Assembly: GCA_000004985.1 (NCBI GenBank)
Contig: GG738851.1
DNA from: Naegleria gruberi
Lineage: Eukaryota
Direction: 5' to 3' (one strand)
DNA: 64,000 bases
The notes beneath the pieces are model-generated. The model saw only the letters and a list, made by a program, of their open reading frames with translations, was not told the DNA's origin and made no database searches. Of this stretch, positions 11,168-21,150 are shown piece after piece. A program made the translations under genes and the position numbers. The first letter of the stretch is position 1. Each line of letters starts with the position of its first letter.

Positions 11168-12505
11168 ATGATGAAAACTGTTGCTTTCAAGCTTGCAATC
11201 TTGCTTGTCTTGGCCTTGATTCTTTCTATTGGCTCAATTCAAGTCGAATCCTTTAATCTTTCGAATACTTTAACAAAGGTCATTAGCTTTGACTTTAAGA
11301 ATACCTATCTAGGCACCATGTTGAGAAACAAACTCTACGGCTCCACTGTTATTCAACACTCCATTCCTTCTTCCATCACTAAGAAATTCACTCAACAAAG
11401 ACTTCTCCAATTAAGAGCCATGACTGACAGAGATTGTGACCATTCTCATCATGGAAACAATCAAGATTCCTCCCTGATCTGCCAACAAGAATTCAACTTC
11501 CATTTCAATTCTGTCAATGGAGTTGTCAAGGGCAAGAGATGGATGCAAGATTTACTCTCCAAAATTGGAAATACACCAATTACCAAATTGAAAATTCCAG
11601 CCACTCACGATTCGGCCACCTACAACGTCTCAACAAGTCAAGATTACAGTTCTGACACTCTATCTGATCCAAGTATGCTATTAATTCCACAATTGGTTCA
11701 AATCTTCCAAGCTTATGGTTTGAACACTCAACGTGTTAAGCAATTTGTTGCTCCTTGGTTCAAGAATCAAGAATGTTCAATTTATCAACAGTTGAATCAT
11801 GGTATTAGACATTTGGATTTGAGGGTTTGTAAGCAAAGTACTGGAACAACCGCTGAAACAAAGTATGTTGCTTGTCATGGAATTGTCAGTGTGACAATTG
11901 CAAATGTCTTGAGACAAGTTAAACAATTCTTGAATGAAAATAAGAAGGAAATTGTTACTTTGGATTTCAATCACTTGTATGGATTTTCCACACAAAATGA
12001 TCATTTGGAATTCGTTAACATGAGTAGAACCATTTTAGGAAGTGACTTGTTGATTAATCCTTCCCAATTCACTACAAATAGCACACTCAATCAAATTTTC
12101 ACAACCAGTCAAAGAGTATTCTTCTATTATGTCCACACTGCAACTGTAATTAACTATGGCTCTCAATTTAATCTCTTCCCAAGTTGGAAAATTGACACTC
12201 GTTGGGCCAACAAGCAAGATATGACATCTCTCAAAACTGAAATTCTTGTCGAGTTGAACTCTAGAACTGATTTCCGATATGGATTCGTCTCCCAAATTGT
12301 AATGACTCCAGATTTGAATATGATGGTCAATGGATTATTCGAATCTCCAAAATCAGTGAAGGAATTGGCAACAATGAATTATGGAGTGATTCCAACATGG
12401 ATTTCGAATGATCTTCCAGATTCTAAGATGAATGTTGTTAATGCTGATTATTATCACTTGTTTGGTGACGATTTCGTTTCTGCAGTTATTGCACAAAACT
12501 TGTAA
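11168..12505 (+). CDS. Secreted PI-PLC X-domain (PLC-like phosphodiesterase) protein
   Basis: N-terminal signal peptide (MMKTVAFKLAILLVLALILSIGS). The X-box catalytic motif is KIPATHDSATY (PGTHDS-like), and the second catalytic His is in HGIRHLDLRV. Confidence 0.6.
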   Translation: MMKTVAFKLAILLVLALILSIGSIQVESFNLSNTLTKVISFDFKNTYLGTMLRNKLYGSTVIQHSIPSSITKKFTQQRLLQLRAMTDRDCDHSHHGNNQDSSLICQQEFNFHFNSVNGVVKGKRWMQDLLSKIGNTPITKLKIPATHDSATYNVSTSQDYSSDTLSDPSMLLIPQLVQIFQAYGLNTQRVKQFVAPWFKNQECSIYQQLNHGIRHLDLRVCKQSTGTTAETKYVACHGIVSVTIANVLRQVKQFLNENKKEIVTLDFNHLYGFSTQNDHLEFVNMSRTILGSDLLINPSQFTTNSTLNQIFTTSQRVFFYYVHTATVINYGSQFNLFPSWKIDTRWANKQDMTSLKTEILVELNSRTDFRYGFVSQIVMTPDLNMMVNGLFESPKSVKELATMNYGVIPTWISNDLPDSKMNVVNADYYHLFGDDFVSAVIAQNL

Positions 12506-12578
12506 ATAAACTAGAGCACAATTTTGATAAAAAGTATCTATCCTATTTTCTGCATTGTTAGAGAATGAAATTATTGAA

Positions 12579-14045
12579 TTATCGAGAATTGATTTTTTCA
12601 ATCATTTGTATGAGGAAAGTACGATCCTTCAAGAGGTAATTGTACTCGTCTCTTGTAATAAAATTATAGGTCATTAATGCTTCCATGATAATTTCTCTAT
12701 CGTGCTTAAAGTAAGTTCCACATTCAAAGAATGCAGATCCATTAAGTTTCACTGCTTCCAGTACGAATTCTCTGTCCTGTTTCACAATTTCTGGGCATTC
12801 CAATATAGCAAGAGTATTGTGTTTGAAATATGCCAAAATGACATCTCTGTCCTGCTTTAACTCGTCAGCAGCATATTCAGCAACTCTTGGATTAATATCG
12901 ATTGCCTCCAAAATAAACTCTTTTTCTTTGATCAAATCTGTTGAATAGGTTATAGCTCTGGGATTGATTTTGATAGCTTTCTTGATGATTTCAACATCTG
13001 ATTTTAAACTTGGAAGAGCAGCATAACCCAGAGCATACCCATTAGAGGAAACTGCCAAGTAAACCAAATCTCTATCTCTCCTTAAACTTTCGTGAGCATA
13101 TTTGAAAGCGCATCCCTCTTGAGTAATAGCTGCTGTCACAATTTCCACATCCTGTTTGAGTGATTCGTCAGCATCCTTTAGTGCATCTCCACATTGTTTT
13201 ACTGCCTCTAATACTATCTCTTTGTCCTTTCTAAATTGATGAGGAACTCTACCAAGCACTTTTCCATTTCTTTTAACGGCTTGAAGAGCAAATTCTCTGT
13301 CGTTCTGTATTTCTGGACTTGCCAGTAGAAATCCTGCAACATAATTAGGTCCAATTGATTCCAAGAGTATTTCCCTATCTTGTTTAACATATTTTGCGGC
13401 AAATTGAATAGAAGTTCCATCAAGTTTGACAGCATTTAACAAAATTTCTCTATCTTTTTTCATATTTTCTGGAATGGTCATTATTGTAATAATTGGGTTC
13501 TTTTTGACAGCCTCAAAAACTACCTCTCTATCATTTTTCAATTCCTTGCTGCAATGTGAAAAAGCACTCATCGAATTTCTGATAGCTTTCAACACTAATT
13601 CTCTATCCGACCTAAGATCTTCATTTGCAAACTCCAAGGCATCTCCACATCCATTCTCAATAGCCAATCGTACCAATTCTTGATCGTTTCGCAACTCGTT
13701 TACCATCAGTTCAAAAGCTCTCCCATTCACTCTCAAAGCCTTCATCACAAATTCTCGATTTTTCTTCAATTCATTACTTGCATCATAAATTCTACAAAAA
13801 TCCAATCGGATAGCCTTCAGCATAATCTCTTCATTGTTTCTCATACACTCAGAGATGAATAAATTATCCAACTTCATCCTCTCCAATGCCAGTCCATACA
13901 TGATCGGATCAAATTCGAATAGTTGGGCAATTTCGGAAAAGAAGGGAATTGCCTTGAGAGCCTTTCTTTCCAGGTCATATTTTTCTCGTAAAATTCGTGA
14001 TGAACAGTTTGTATCTAAAAGCAAAATTGTGCAATGTGTTGTCAT
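12579..14045 (-). CDS. DUF4116-like tandem-repeat protein (paralog of the repeat region in 2819..5467)
   Basis: 488-aa ORF from the ATG at 14045. It is built almost entirely of the same ~37-aa repeat (KNDREVVFEAVKKNP.., KQDREILLESI.., RKDKEIVLEAVKQCGDAL..). Confidence 0.6.
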   Translation of the reverse strand: MTTHCTILLLDTNCSSRILREKYDLERKALKAIPFFSEIAQLFEFDPIMYGLALERMKLDNLFISECMRNNEEIMLKAIRLDFCRIYDASNELKKNREFVMKALRVNGRAFELMVNELRNDQELVRLAIENGCGDALEFANEDLRSDRELVLKAIRNSMSAFSHCSKELKNDREVVFEAVKKNPIITIMTIPENMKKDREILLNAVKLDGTSIQFAAKYVKQDREILLESIGPNYVAGFLLASPEIQNDREFALQAVKRNGKVLGRVPHQFRKDKEIVLEAVKQCGDALKDADESLKQDVEIVTAAITQEGCAFKYAHESLRRDRDLVYLAVSSNGYALGYAALPSLKSDVEIIKKAIKINPRAITYSTDLIKEKEFILEAIDINPRVAEYAADELKQDRDVILAYFKHNTLAILECPEIVKQDREFVLEAVKLNGSAFFECGTYFKHDREIIMEALMTYNFITRDEYNYLLKDRTFLIQMIEKINSR

Positions 14046-14142
14046 TTTTTTTGTAAAGTTTTTAACAAAGAAGTTCTTGTTTCAATGTTAGTTCCTCAAT
14101 TTAGTTCTTATACGTATTCATATCTTTTTAAGATGATCGTAA

Positions 14143-14231
14143 GGCGGCTTAGCACAGTGGCAGTGCATCAGTCTTGTAGGCAGAAATGCTGAGATAACTG
14201 AGGGTCGAGGGTTCAATTCCCTCAGTCGCCT
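14143..14231 (+). tRNA. tRNA-Thr(UGU) with a 17-nt intron
   Basis: Cloverleaf read by hand: acceptor GGCGGCT/AGTCGCC (one G-U), D-arm GCAC-AGTGGCA-GTGC, anticodon stem TCAGT/ACTGA, loop CTTGTA|intron GGCAGAAATGCTGAGAT|A, T-arm GAGGG-TTCAATT-CCCTC, discriminator T. A T4 run (CCTTTTGTC) follows as a Pol III terminator. Anticodon TGT. Confidence 0.7.
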
Positions 14232-14629
14232 TTTGTCATTTTCATATTTTTTTACATTCTGTTTACTAGTATGGCAATCAGTAACCAACATATTCTTTAT
14301 TATCATAATAACTTCGGCTGATCATTTTCAAGCCTTCCTTGGTTGTATCCAGACAAGGCTTTCATAAAACTACCAAAAAAAATACATCATCACTATCTGT
14401 GGTTGAAAACACACTCATTGTAGTAGGCTTTTTGATTGTTTCGCAAACATTTCAAAGCCTTTTTTTGCTAATAGTAGTATTGTGTGATCACCATCATCAT
14501 TGTCTGCTCTGATTGTATAAACAACAAAAAGAACAATAACATCACAACGGAGGAATTTTTGATAGTACATATATAAATATTTAATATTTAATTATTATTA
14601 TTTAATAATCGAGAGAGAATATATTCAAA

Positions 14630-16018
14630 ATGGTTAGAAGTGATTTGAAAGTAAAGTGGAAATTGAGAAATTCCGGACAAGTAACAATAAGAGCAGGACA
14701 TTGTGCTGCCAATATTCCTGGAACTCCACTTATGTATGTCTTTGGAGGAAGTAATAATCACTTAGGTGATCACATACCTTCAAAGGAATTTGATGTCTAC
14801 AATTGCAATACAAACTCTTGGAGAAGAGCAGGTATTCATTCCGATGTACCTGAAGAGGATGCTAAAATTCCAAGACCAAAACCAGTAGTTGGATCTTCAC
14901 TTGTTGGTGTTGAGAGAGGACAAATGATTGGAGAATTAAGTTATGCCACTAGTACTATTGCAGAAAATCAAGAACCACACTCTGCTCTTATATTGTATGC
15001 TGGTTGGAGTAGTGATTCATTGATAAATGATCTTTGGAAATTTAATTGCAAAACAGAAAAGTGGATTAATCTTACAGATAAGCAAAAAGGATCTATTCCA
15101 TCACTTCGTTCAAATCATAGTGCTGTTGTTATTGATAATCAAATGCTTGTTTTTGGAGGAATAGGAGAAGAATTAGAAGATTTAAAGCAAGATATGTACA
15201 TTTTGGATTTACAGACATTGCATTGGAGGAAAGTTGCTCTTGAAGAAAGTGACGAAAGACCACCAGCAAGTAGATCACATGCTTGTTGTGTACATAGAAA
15301 GAGTATGATTTTATTTGGTGGAGGTACTGATAAGGTGTGCTTTAATCACTTGTATAGATTTGATCTCGAAGTGGAAAGATGGACTAAAATCAAACCAAAT
15401 AAGAGTGAAGAATTGAAAGAAGCTGAACGTGATCCAACAAAACCAATTCCTTCCAACTTGGTGTTAATAGAACCTGAGCCAAGAATGTTCCCTAATGCAG
15501 TTATATATGACACTGATAGAATGTTTTTATTTGGAGGTAGAAATGGTAAACAAAAGATTAATGAAGTGTGGCAATTTGACTTTTTGAATAATCAATGGAA
15601 TTTAATGCAGGTTGGTGACTATTCTGAGGATGATAATAGCACTCTTGTACTAAATGATGATGATATGGCTGGTGTTGAAGAAACTAATGAACCATCCTTC
15701 CCTCCAGTTCAAGCACAACATGCTATGCAAAATGATGACATGACAGATGCTTCTCCATTACCATCCCCTCTTACTCCATTCTTAAAGAAACATCCAATCA
15801 AGCCAACTCCTAGAACAGGTGGAAATATGACAGTTGTTACAACTGGTAAAACAATTGGACCAAAGTTTGACAAGATTCTTGTCTTTGGAGGTAATGATAC
15901 CAAAGGAAAATTGAACGAAGTTTGGGAATTAATTGTCAATCAAAGAACATATACTAAGAATCTCGAAAAGTTGGTTAATTCATCACTTTTTTCAGATATC
16001 GACGTAAAGTTATTGTAA
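14630..16018 (+). CDS. Kelch-repeat beta-propeller protein
   Basis: 462 aa. Repeated kelch signatures: ...FGGsnn.., SAVVIDNQMLVFGGIG, CCVHRKSMILFGGGTD, DRMFLFGGRNG, ILVFGGNDTKG. Each is followed by a W-containing strand. Confidence 0.7.
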   Translation: MVRSDLKVKWKLRNSGQVTIRAGHCAANIPGTPLMYVFGGSNNHLGDHIPSKEFDVYNCNTNSWRRAGIHSDVPEEDAKIPRPKPVVGSSLVGVERGQMIGELSYATSTIAENQEPHSALILYAGWSSDSLINDLWKFNCKTEKWINLTDKQKGSIPSLRSNHSAVVIDNQMLVFGGIGEELEDLKQDMYILDLQTLHWRKVALEESDERPPASRSHACCVHRKSMILFGGGTDKVCFNHLYRFDLEVERWTKIKPNKSEELKEAERDPTKPIPSNLVLIEPEPRMFPNAVIYDTDRMFLFGGRNGKQKINEVWQFDFLNNQWNLMQVGDYSEDDNSTLVLNDDDMAGVEETNEPSFPPVQAQHAMQNDDMTDASPLPSPLTPFLKKHPIKPTPRTGGNMTVVTTGKTIGPKFDKILVFGGNDTKGKLNEVWELIVNQRTYTKNLEKLVNSSLFSDIDVKLL

Positions 16019-16170
16019 AGAAAATAAAATCAAGAATATTCAAAATATTAAGCCTTTCAATAATGTTTGAAATATTTCATTTATTGGACTCAAATATAAA
16101 ACACAACGATACAAATAACAATTATGAAATAGTATGAATTTGAAATTGACATGACCACCTAGATTTTTAT

Positions 16171-16689
16171 TTAACCAGTTCTCAAGATGATGTGAACTCC
16201 AGAGTCAGTTGAAACAATATCACTCAATTCTCCAATCTTTAAACGGAATGAAGCATCTTCGAATGGTTTTTGCATTTGACCACGTCCAAAGAAGCCAAGA
16301 TCACCTCCTCTCTTTGCACTACTACAATCACTATGGACGGAGGCTAATTCTTGGAATTTTTCAGCCATATCTTCAGCATTGAAAATATCCTCTCTCAATC
16401 CTTCCAATATTTCCGTAGCATCCTTTTTCGATCGTGTAATATTCTTTTCCTTCCATGATGATGGATTCCTAGATTGATTATGTTTAATCAACAAGTGGCT
16501 AACCTTGACTTGCTCACCATCATCATTATTATTATTAGTATTATTATTATTGACGAGTGGTTTGGCTGATTTTGTTGGTTTTTCCCATTGTGTTTCGTTG
16601 GTAAATTTGTTGATGTAGTAGAAAACGCCTGGTCTGCTTGAGGATTCTTTAACTCTCCAGCCCTCAGGTACAGAAGGAAGATTAGACAT
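16171..16689 (-). CDS. Pin1/Ess1-type peptidyl-prolyl cis-trans isomerase (WW domain + parvulin rotamase)
   Basis: 172 aa. WW domain [31 protein letters not shown], then an Asn-rich linker, then the parvulin domain ([18 protein letters not shown]..., [37 protein letters not shown]). Confidence 0.85.
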   Translation of the reverse strand: MSNLPSVPEGWRVKESSSRPGVFYYINKFTNETQWEKPTKSAKPLVNNNNTNNNNDDGEQVKVSHLLIKHNQSRNPSSWKEKNITRSKKDATEILEGLREDIFNAEDMAEKFQELASVHSDCSSAKRGGDLGFFGRGQMQKPFEDASFRLKIGELSDIVSTDSGVHIILRTG

Positions 16690-17047
16690 TTTTTCTTATT
16701 TATTAATATTAATAATAGATTGAATTGTAACGGCTACAAATATTGTTTGAAACAAAGTATTAGGAGAAGAAGAACAAGATGGCTTGTAAAAACATGATCA
16801 TCACGTAATTTTGTTTTTCTTTTGATGAAGGAATATTATTATTATAATAATAAATATAAAGAAAATTAATTTATAGATAAATATATGATGATGATTTTAT
16901 AATATTACTCGTGTGTACGAAAAGAAGGAGAATGAAACAAGATAATTCTACGATAGAGTTTCATCTTGATTCCAATTCCACTCCCAATAATTATTCACTC
17001 ATCCTAAAAAGATTTTGAAATTCCCATGATATAATAATTTACTAAAT

Positions 17048-17472
17048 TTAATCTCTCTTGTAGTCTTGTGGATATGGAGACCAACGTTCTGATGGAATTG
17101 GATAACGAGGAGCAACTGGTCTTCTCTGTTGTTGTTCAATTTTAATTCCACAAAATGTTCAATAATAATAATATTAATTCATTTAAATATTAATTCCACG
17201 ATAAAACCACAAAATGTTCAATAATAATATTGTTGATGAAGTGTAATTCATGATGGTAATGATGGTGATAATAAAAAGCGCTCGTTCCTATTGATGATGA
17301 CAATTTAAAAACATACCTCGAAAGTGGAACTAATCTTGAAAACAGGAATAGCAACCAAGAACAAACCGAGAACGGCAAACTTGAAATTTCTGCTAGCATT
17401 CTTAGAATTGGTGTAGTAGCCACCAGTTGGTGTCCAAACGTCCTTTGGATAATTCATACGATGTCCGCCCAT
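17048..17472 (-). CDS. Small (77 aa) single-TM protein, mitochondrial-membrane-like. Model: complement(join(17048..17125, 17317..17472)).
   Basis: Exon 1 encodes MGGHRMNYPKDVWTPTGGYYTNSKNASRNFKFAVLGLFLVAIPVFKISSTFE and ends at a GTATGT donor. A 191-nt intron carries an internal ~30-bp direct repeat. Exon 2 (RRPVAPRYPIPSERWSPYPQDYKRD*) follows an ...ACAACAG acceptor. The overlapping listed ORF 17190..17423 is out of frame and is rejected. Confidence 0.4.
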
Positions 17473-17665
17473 TTTTTATTTCTGTGTTCTTTAATATTAT
17501 TTAATTATTTAATAGAGATTATTTAAGATATTTAAATTGAGGCCAGTTTCAATGGAATGTTCATTCTAATGATCATTGTTATTGAATTTGGCTCCCTATA
17601 GAATATAATGGAATTTTTGTTTTTATTTTACAAGCAATAATACAAGGAGAATGATCAATTTCTTC

Positions 17666-18262
17666 TTATTTGTGATTTCTTACCCAAGGGAATGCCTTAG
17701 CATCAAGAGCTGCCTCTGTTACAACATCCATGGAAGTTGTCAAGCCAGTCCATTCATTATGTTTGTTTCTAACTAAGAGGTGATGAATACTCTTCTTCAT
17801 CAACAATTCAGCAACTTGATCTCTCTCAATTTCTTCATTACAAAATTCGAGTTGTTTATGCATGATTTGAGTGACTGGTGTAGAGGAAGGAAGACCTTCA
17901 ACGAAACCTGCCTTCACCAAATCAGTTTTTGTGATAATTCCAACAGGATCATGAAGTGAATTGACCACAACAACACTTCCGATGTGCTTTTCCACAATAA
18001 TCTTGCTAGCTTGTTCTAAAGATGCTGATTCTTCGACACAAGCAACCTAATTGAATATATAGATGATTACAAAATTGTTGTTTGATGTAAAGTTATTAAT
18101 TTTCCAAAAACGATGATGTTCCATTCCGATCCAAAAACCAAACAACAAATAAATCAATTGATCAATAATTATCAACAAATCAACGATCACCATATGTTAG
18201 AATTATTGAAAAACTTGATTATTTACCTTTTCCTTAGGAATCATAAAAAGCTTAACCTTCAT
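17666..18262 (-). CDS. CBS-domain protein. Model: complement(join(17666..18046, 18227..18262)).
   Basis: A 12-codon first exon MKVKLFMIPKEK ends at a GTAAAT donor. After a 180-nt intron (18047..18226) with an AATTAG acceptor, exon 2 reads VACVEESASLEQASKIIVEKHIGSVVVVNS...IITKTDL.., a typical CBS pair. Confidence 0.5.
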
Positions 18263-18414
18263 TTTGTTTTCTGTATTTTTCTTCTGAATGTTCTCGAGTA
18301 TATTAATAGAAGCTTAAACTGTTGTTGGAAATTACAGTGATCCTTTCTCTAAAACAAATATGATTGGGTAATTGAATAATGGATTGTTTTTTATTGAACA
18401 CTTCCAAGATATAG

Positions 18415-20856
18415 TTATCGATTGTTATTGGGTGATGTTAGAATGTATTTGAAATGACTTGGATGAAATTGATTCCATTTCGAAAAGATTAATTCTTTCT
18501 GCTCAATTTGAGAAGTGTTATGGTAGAGAAATTTGAGCAATACAAGGGATGGATATTGTAGCGATTGCTTGGAGTGTTTGAGGTTGAGTCTTGTTCTTTT
18601 GATGAGATCTTTCAATGAGGAAATTCTATCATGTAGTGTGTAATTGGAGCTAATGTCTTGCCCTCTCCTTATTAAAAGTGGAACCGCTCTCAGTAGAATA
18701 TCTTCATAGGTGGTAATCTCTTCCTGGCTCATCTCGTTAAAATAATGAGCTTCACAGTAGGCAGCCTTATAATGTTTCAACTTTTGACTGGTACTTAACC
18801 ATGTATACTTTTCAGAGACAAGGTCTTTGATGAGGAGATGGGTTTGAGGTAGGAGATGTACACCCTTGTCTGTCAAGATTTTGAATAGTCTTGCTCGTTG
18901 ATAGTCATAGGTCATGAGCCTGTATAGAGTTAATTCACTTTCAGGAATTGGAGACATACATCCAAATATTCCGACCAGATGTTCCTCTGTGTCCTTACCT
19001 ATGCTGGATTTCAAAACAAATGTGGTAAGGAAATTCATAACCTGTTTCCTTATTGAAGTGATTGATGGAAAATTTTGCTCTGGTGAAGATTCTGTGTTTG
19101 ACGATTCAATATGCTGAACATTATTCAACTTGTTAAATCTTGACTCTAATGTTTGAGCAAGGTGGGAGATTCCTTTCTGGGGGAAGAGATCTGTATTTCC
19201 CTTTGCAATTTCTACATTATCTTCATAGGAGGAGACTGATTCTTGTAGTGTCTTAATATCAGATGTGCTAAGGGACTTGTTCAACATGTTGGATATTAAT
19301 TGTTGTATTTCCACAATGCTAGTATTGATATGTTCATCTCTTTGATGTAGGGAGGATGATGAGGGGTTGGAAATGAAATTTCGAGCTAGTTCTCTTCTTT
19401 TTTCTATCGACTGGTCGTGCATCTCAAAGAAAGCTATTCCACTTTCATCTTTGTCATTATCCAGAAACGAATAGGACGGTTTTTGTAACAGATATCTGGC
19501 AAGTCTGTGTAAATGATTATACATGCTGAGTTTGTGTTTTGCTTGTTGTTTCACTTGTGAAGTTTTGAATTCTCTGGCTTCTTCGGATTCCTTGAAGAAT
19601 TTTTGTACTACTCTATTGATTAGATGAACGGCCTCAGAATTAAATTGGAATATGTGATGGTACAAGTCACGATACTTGTCCAATTGTGATACTTCTTCAC
19701 AAAGCTTAGAATATTTGGCATCTACTTTTTCCTTAGACCCAGTTATAGTTGTGCTTTGAAAGAATGTAAACATGTCATTTAGAGAGTCTAACAGGTTTGA
19801 ATGAGAATCCGTAATGGTCTTTCCAATTGTATAGGCTCTCAAAATATCTTTCAGTTTCCAGTTTGATATCACTTCATGTCCCAGTTGACCTTCCAAAATC
19901 TTTTCCATTTCATTCCAACATTGGTCAATTGTTACTTTTACCTTACTGCAGATTGGGCTTACTCTTTGGTGGATAGATATTTCATTCAAATGTTTTGAAA
20001 TAAATCCAATGGGTACGTTTACGTGGTGGTTGAGAACGGATTGTGGAGTAATGGCTGGTGAGCGAATAAGTATTTCCAAATCTATCACATCCATTTCTCC
20101 AACTTTCAATTCATGCAGGTTGAATGAATCATCAAACTTTTGCAAGAAACACCTCATGAATCCTTCCTCCTCTTCTGGTGCTCGAAAAGTACTATCATTC
20201 AAATCCTCTCGCGTGTTATAGTCCATTTGAATATTAGAACCAATGGAAAGAGGGTTCTCAGTGGAAATAATCGAGTTCAAGACCAAATTACGTTCCTTAC
20301 TCGTTCCATAAAGTCTTTGTAATATTTCCTGATGACTTTCAATATATTGACCAGGATTGGTAACACCATTCTTCCTCAAAACATCGATTATTTTGTAATA
20401 TTCACTTTGCAAGGATTTTAAATTTTTAGAAATATGATCCGAGGTTGAGTATTGAGCATTTCTCTGAATTTTTCTTTCACTCTTTTGTATGCCATTATTT
20501 TCATCATTTTGCATACTTAGATATTTCATCAGGAATTTTGATGTAAATTTCCTTTCGCTAACCAATTTCATAAATAATTCTTCCAATTCCTTTCTCTTTA
20601 AATTCCATCGTTTTTCAAATTGTTCAATAAAACTTGTTGACAATGCCAAATAATTTGCCAATTCTTCAATCCTCTCTCCGATGACAAATATTCTGCTCTT
20701 TCCTTCCAATTTTCCTTCCACTCTGCTACTCCATTCAACAATCAAATCTTGTAGAGAATTTTCTCTCTTTACCCTGCCATTAATTAGTAAATAATTTCTC
20801 TTCTCCTTGTGCTGATGATCATTTTGTTGTCTTCCTCCGATAATAAAACCATTCAT
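18415..20856 (-). CDS. Large (about 814 aa) hypothetical cytosolic protein
   Basis: Long uninterrupted ORF. The first in-frame ATG is at 20856 (MNGFIIGG...); the listed start at 20880 is a TTG. A possible short upstream exon (MSNIWFFRFS.., donor GTAAGC near 21015) could not be phased. No domain recognised. Confidence 0.45.
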   Translation of the reverse strand: MNGFIIGGRQQNDHQHKEKRNYLLINGRVKRENSLQDLIVEWSSRVEGKLEGKSRIFVIGERIEELANYLALSTSFIEQFEKRWNLKRKELEELFMKLVSERKFTSKFLMKYLSMQNDENNGIQKSERKIQRNAQYSTSDHISKNLKSLQSEYYKIIDVLRKNGVTNPGQYIESHQEILQRLYGTSKERNLVLNSIISTENPLSIGSNIQMDYNTREDLNDSTFRAPEEEEGFMRCFLQKFDDSFNLHELKVGEMDVIDLEILIRSPAITPQSVLNHHVNVPIGFISKHLNEISIHQRVSPICSKVKVTIDQCWNEMEKILEGQLGHEVISNWKLKDILRAYTIGKTITDSHSNLLDSLNDMFTFFQSTTITGSKEKVDAKYSKLCEEVSQLDKYRDLYHHIFQFNSEAVHLINRVVQKFFKESEEAREFKTSQVKQQAKHKLSMYNHLHRLARYLLQKPSYSFLDNDKDESGIAFFEMHDQSIEKRRELARNFISNPSSSSLHQRDEHINTSIVEIQQLISNMLNKSLSTSDIKTLQESVSSYEDNVEIAKGNTDLFPQKGISHLAQTLESRFNKLNNVQHIESSNTESSPEQNFPSITSIRKQVMNFLTTFVLKSSIGKDTEEHLVGIFGCMSPIPESELTLYRLMTYDYQRARLFKILTDKGVHLLPQTHLLIKDLVSEKYTWLSTSQKLKHYKAAYCEAHYFNEMSQEEITTYEDILLRAVPLLIRRGQDISSNYTLHDRISSLKDLIKRTRLNLKHSKQSLQYPSLVLLKFLYHNTSQIEQKELIFSKWNQFHPSHFKYILTSPNNNR

Positions 20857-21150
20857 CTCATTGAGAGAACATGATTTCAAATATTTTTTCTGTGCCGTAA
20901 AAACTCCGCATAGAGAACTTCCATCATCAAAATTGAAATTGCAAATTTGCCTTCTTTGTTCACCATCACCATTTATTCTAACAACATAATTTACAAGAGA
21001 GTTGGAGGCAGCTTACTTGAAAATCTAAAAAACCAAATGTTGCTCATGATGGTCACTACACACAGTAATAAGAATCATCAATAGTATCGACCAAAACGGC
21101 TCCTCAGTTCGCAATTGCTTGGAGGACATAAAAAAACACAATCGGAAAAA

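Noticed and set aside
14118-14306. 62-aa ORF on the minus strand
   Set aside because: It lies entirely across the tRNA-Thr gene. The translation (..RRLRELNPRPSVISAF..) is just the tRNA read antisense.
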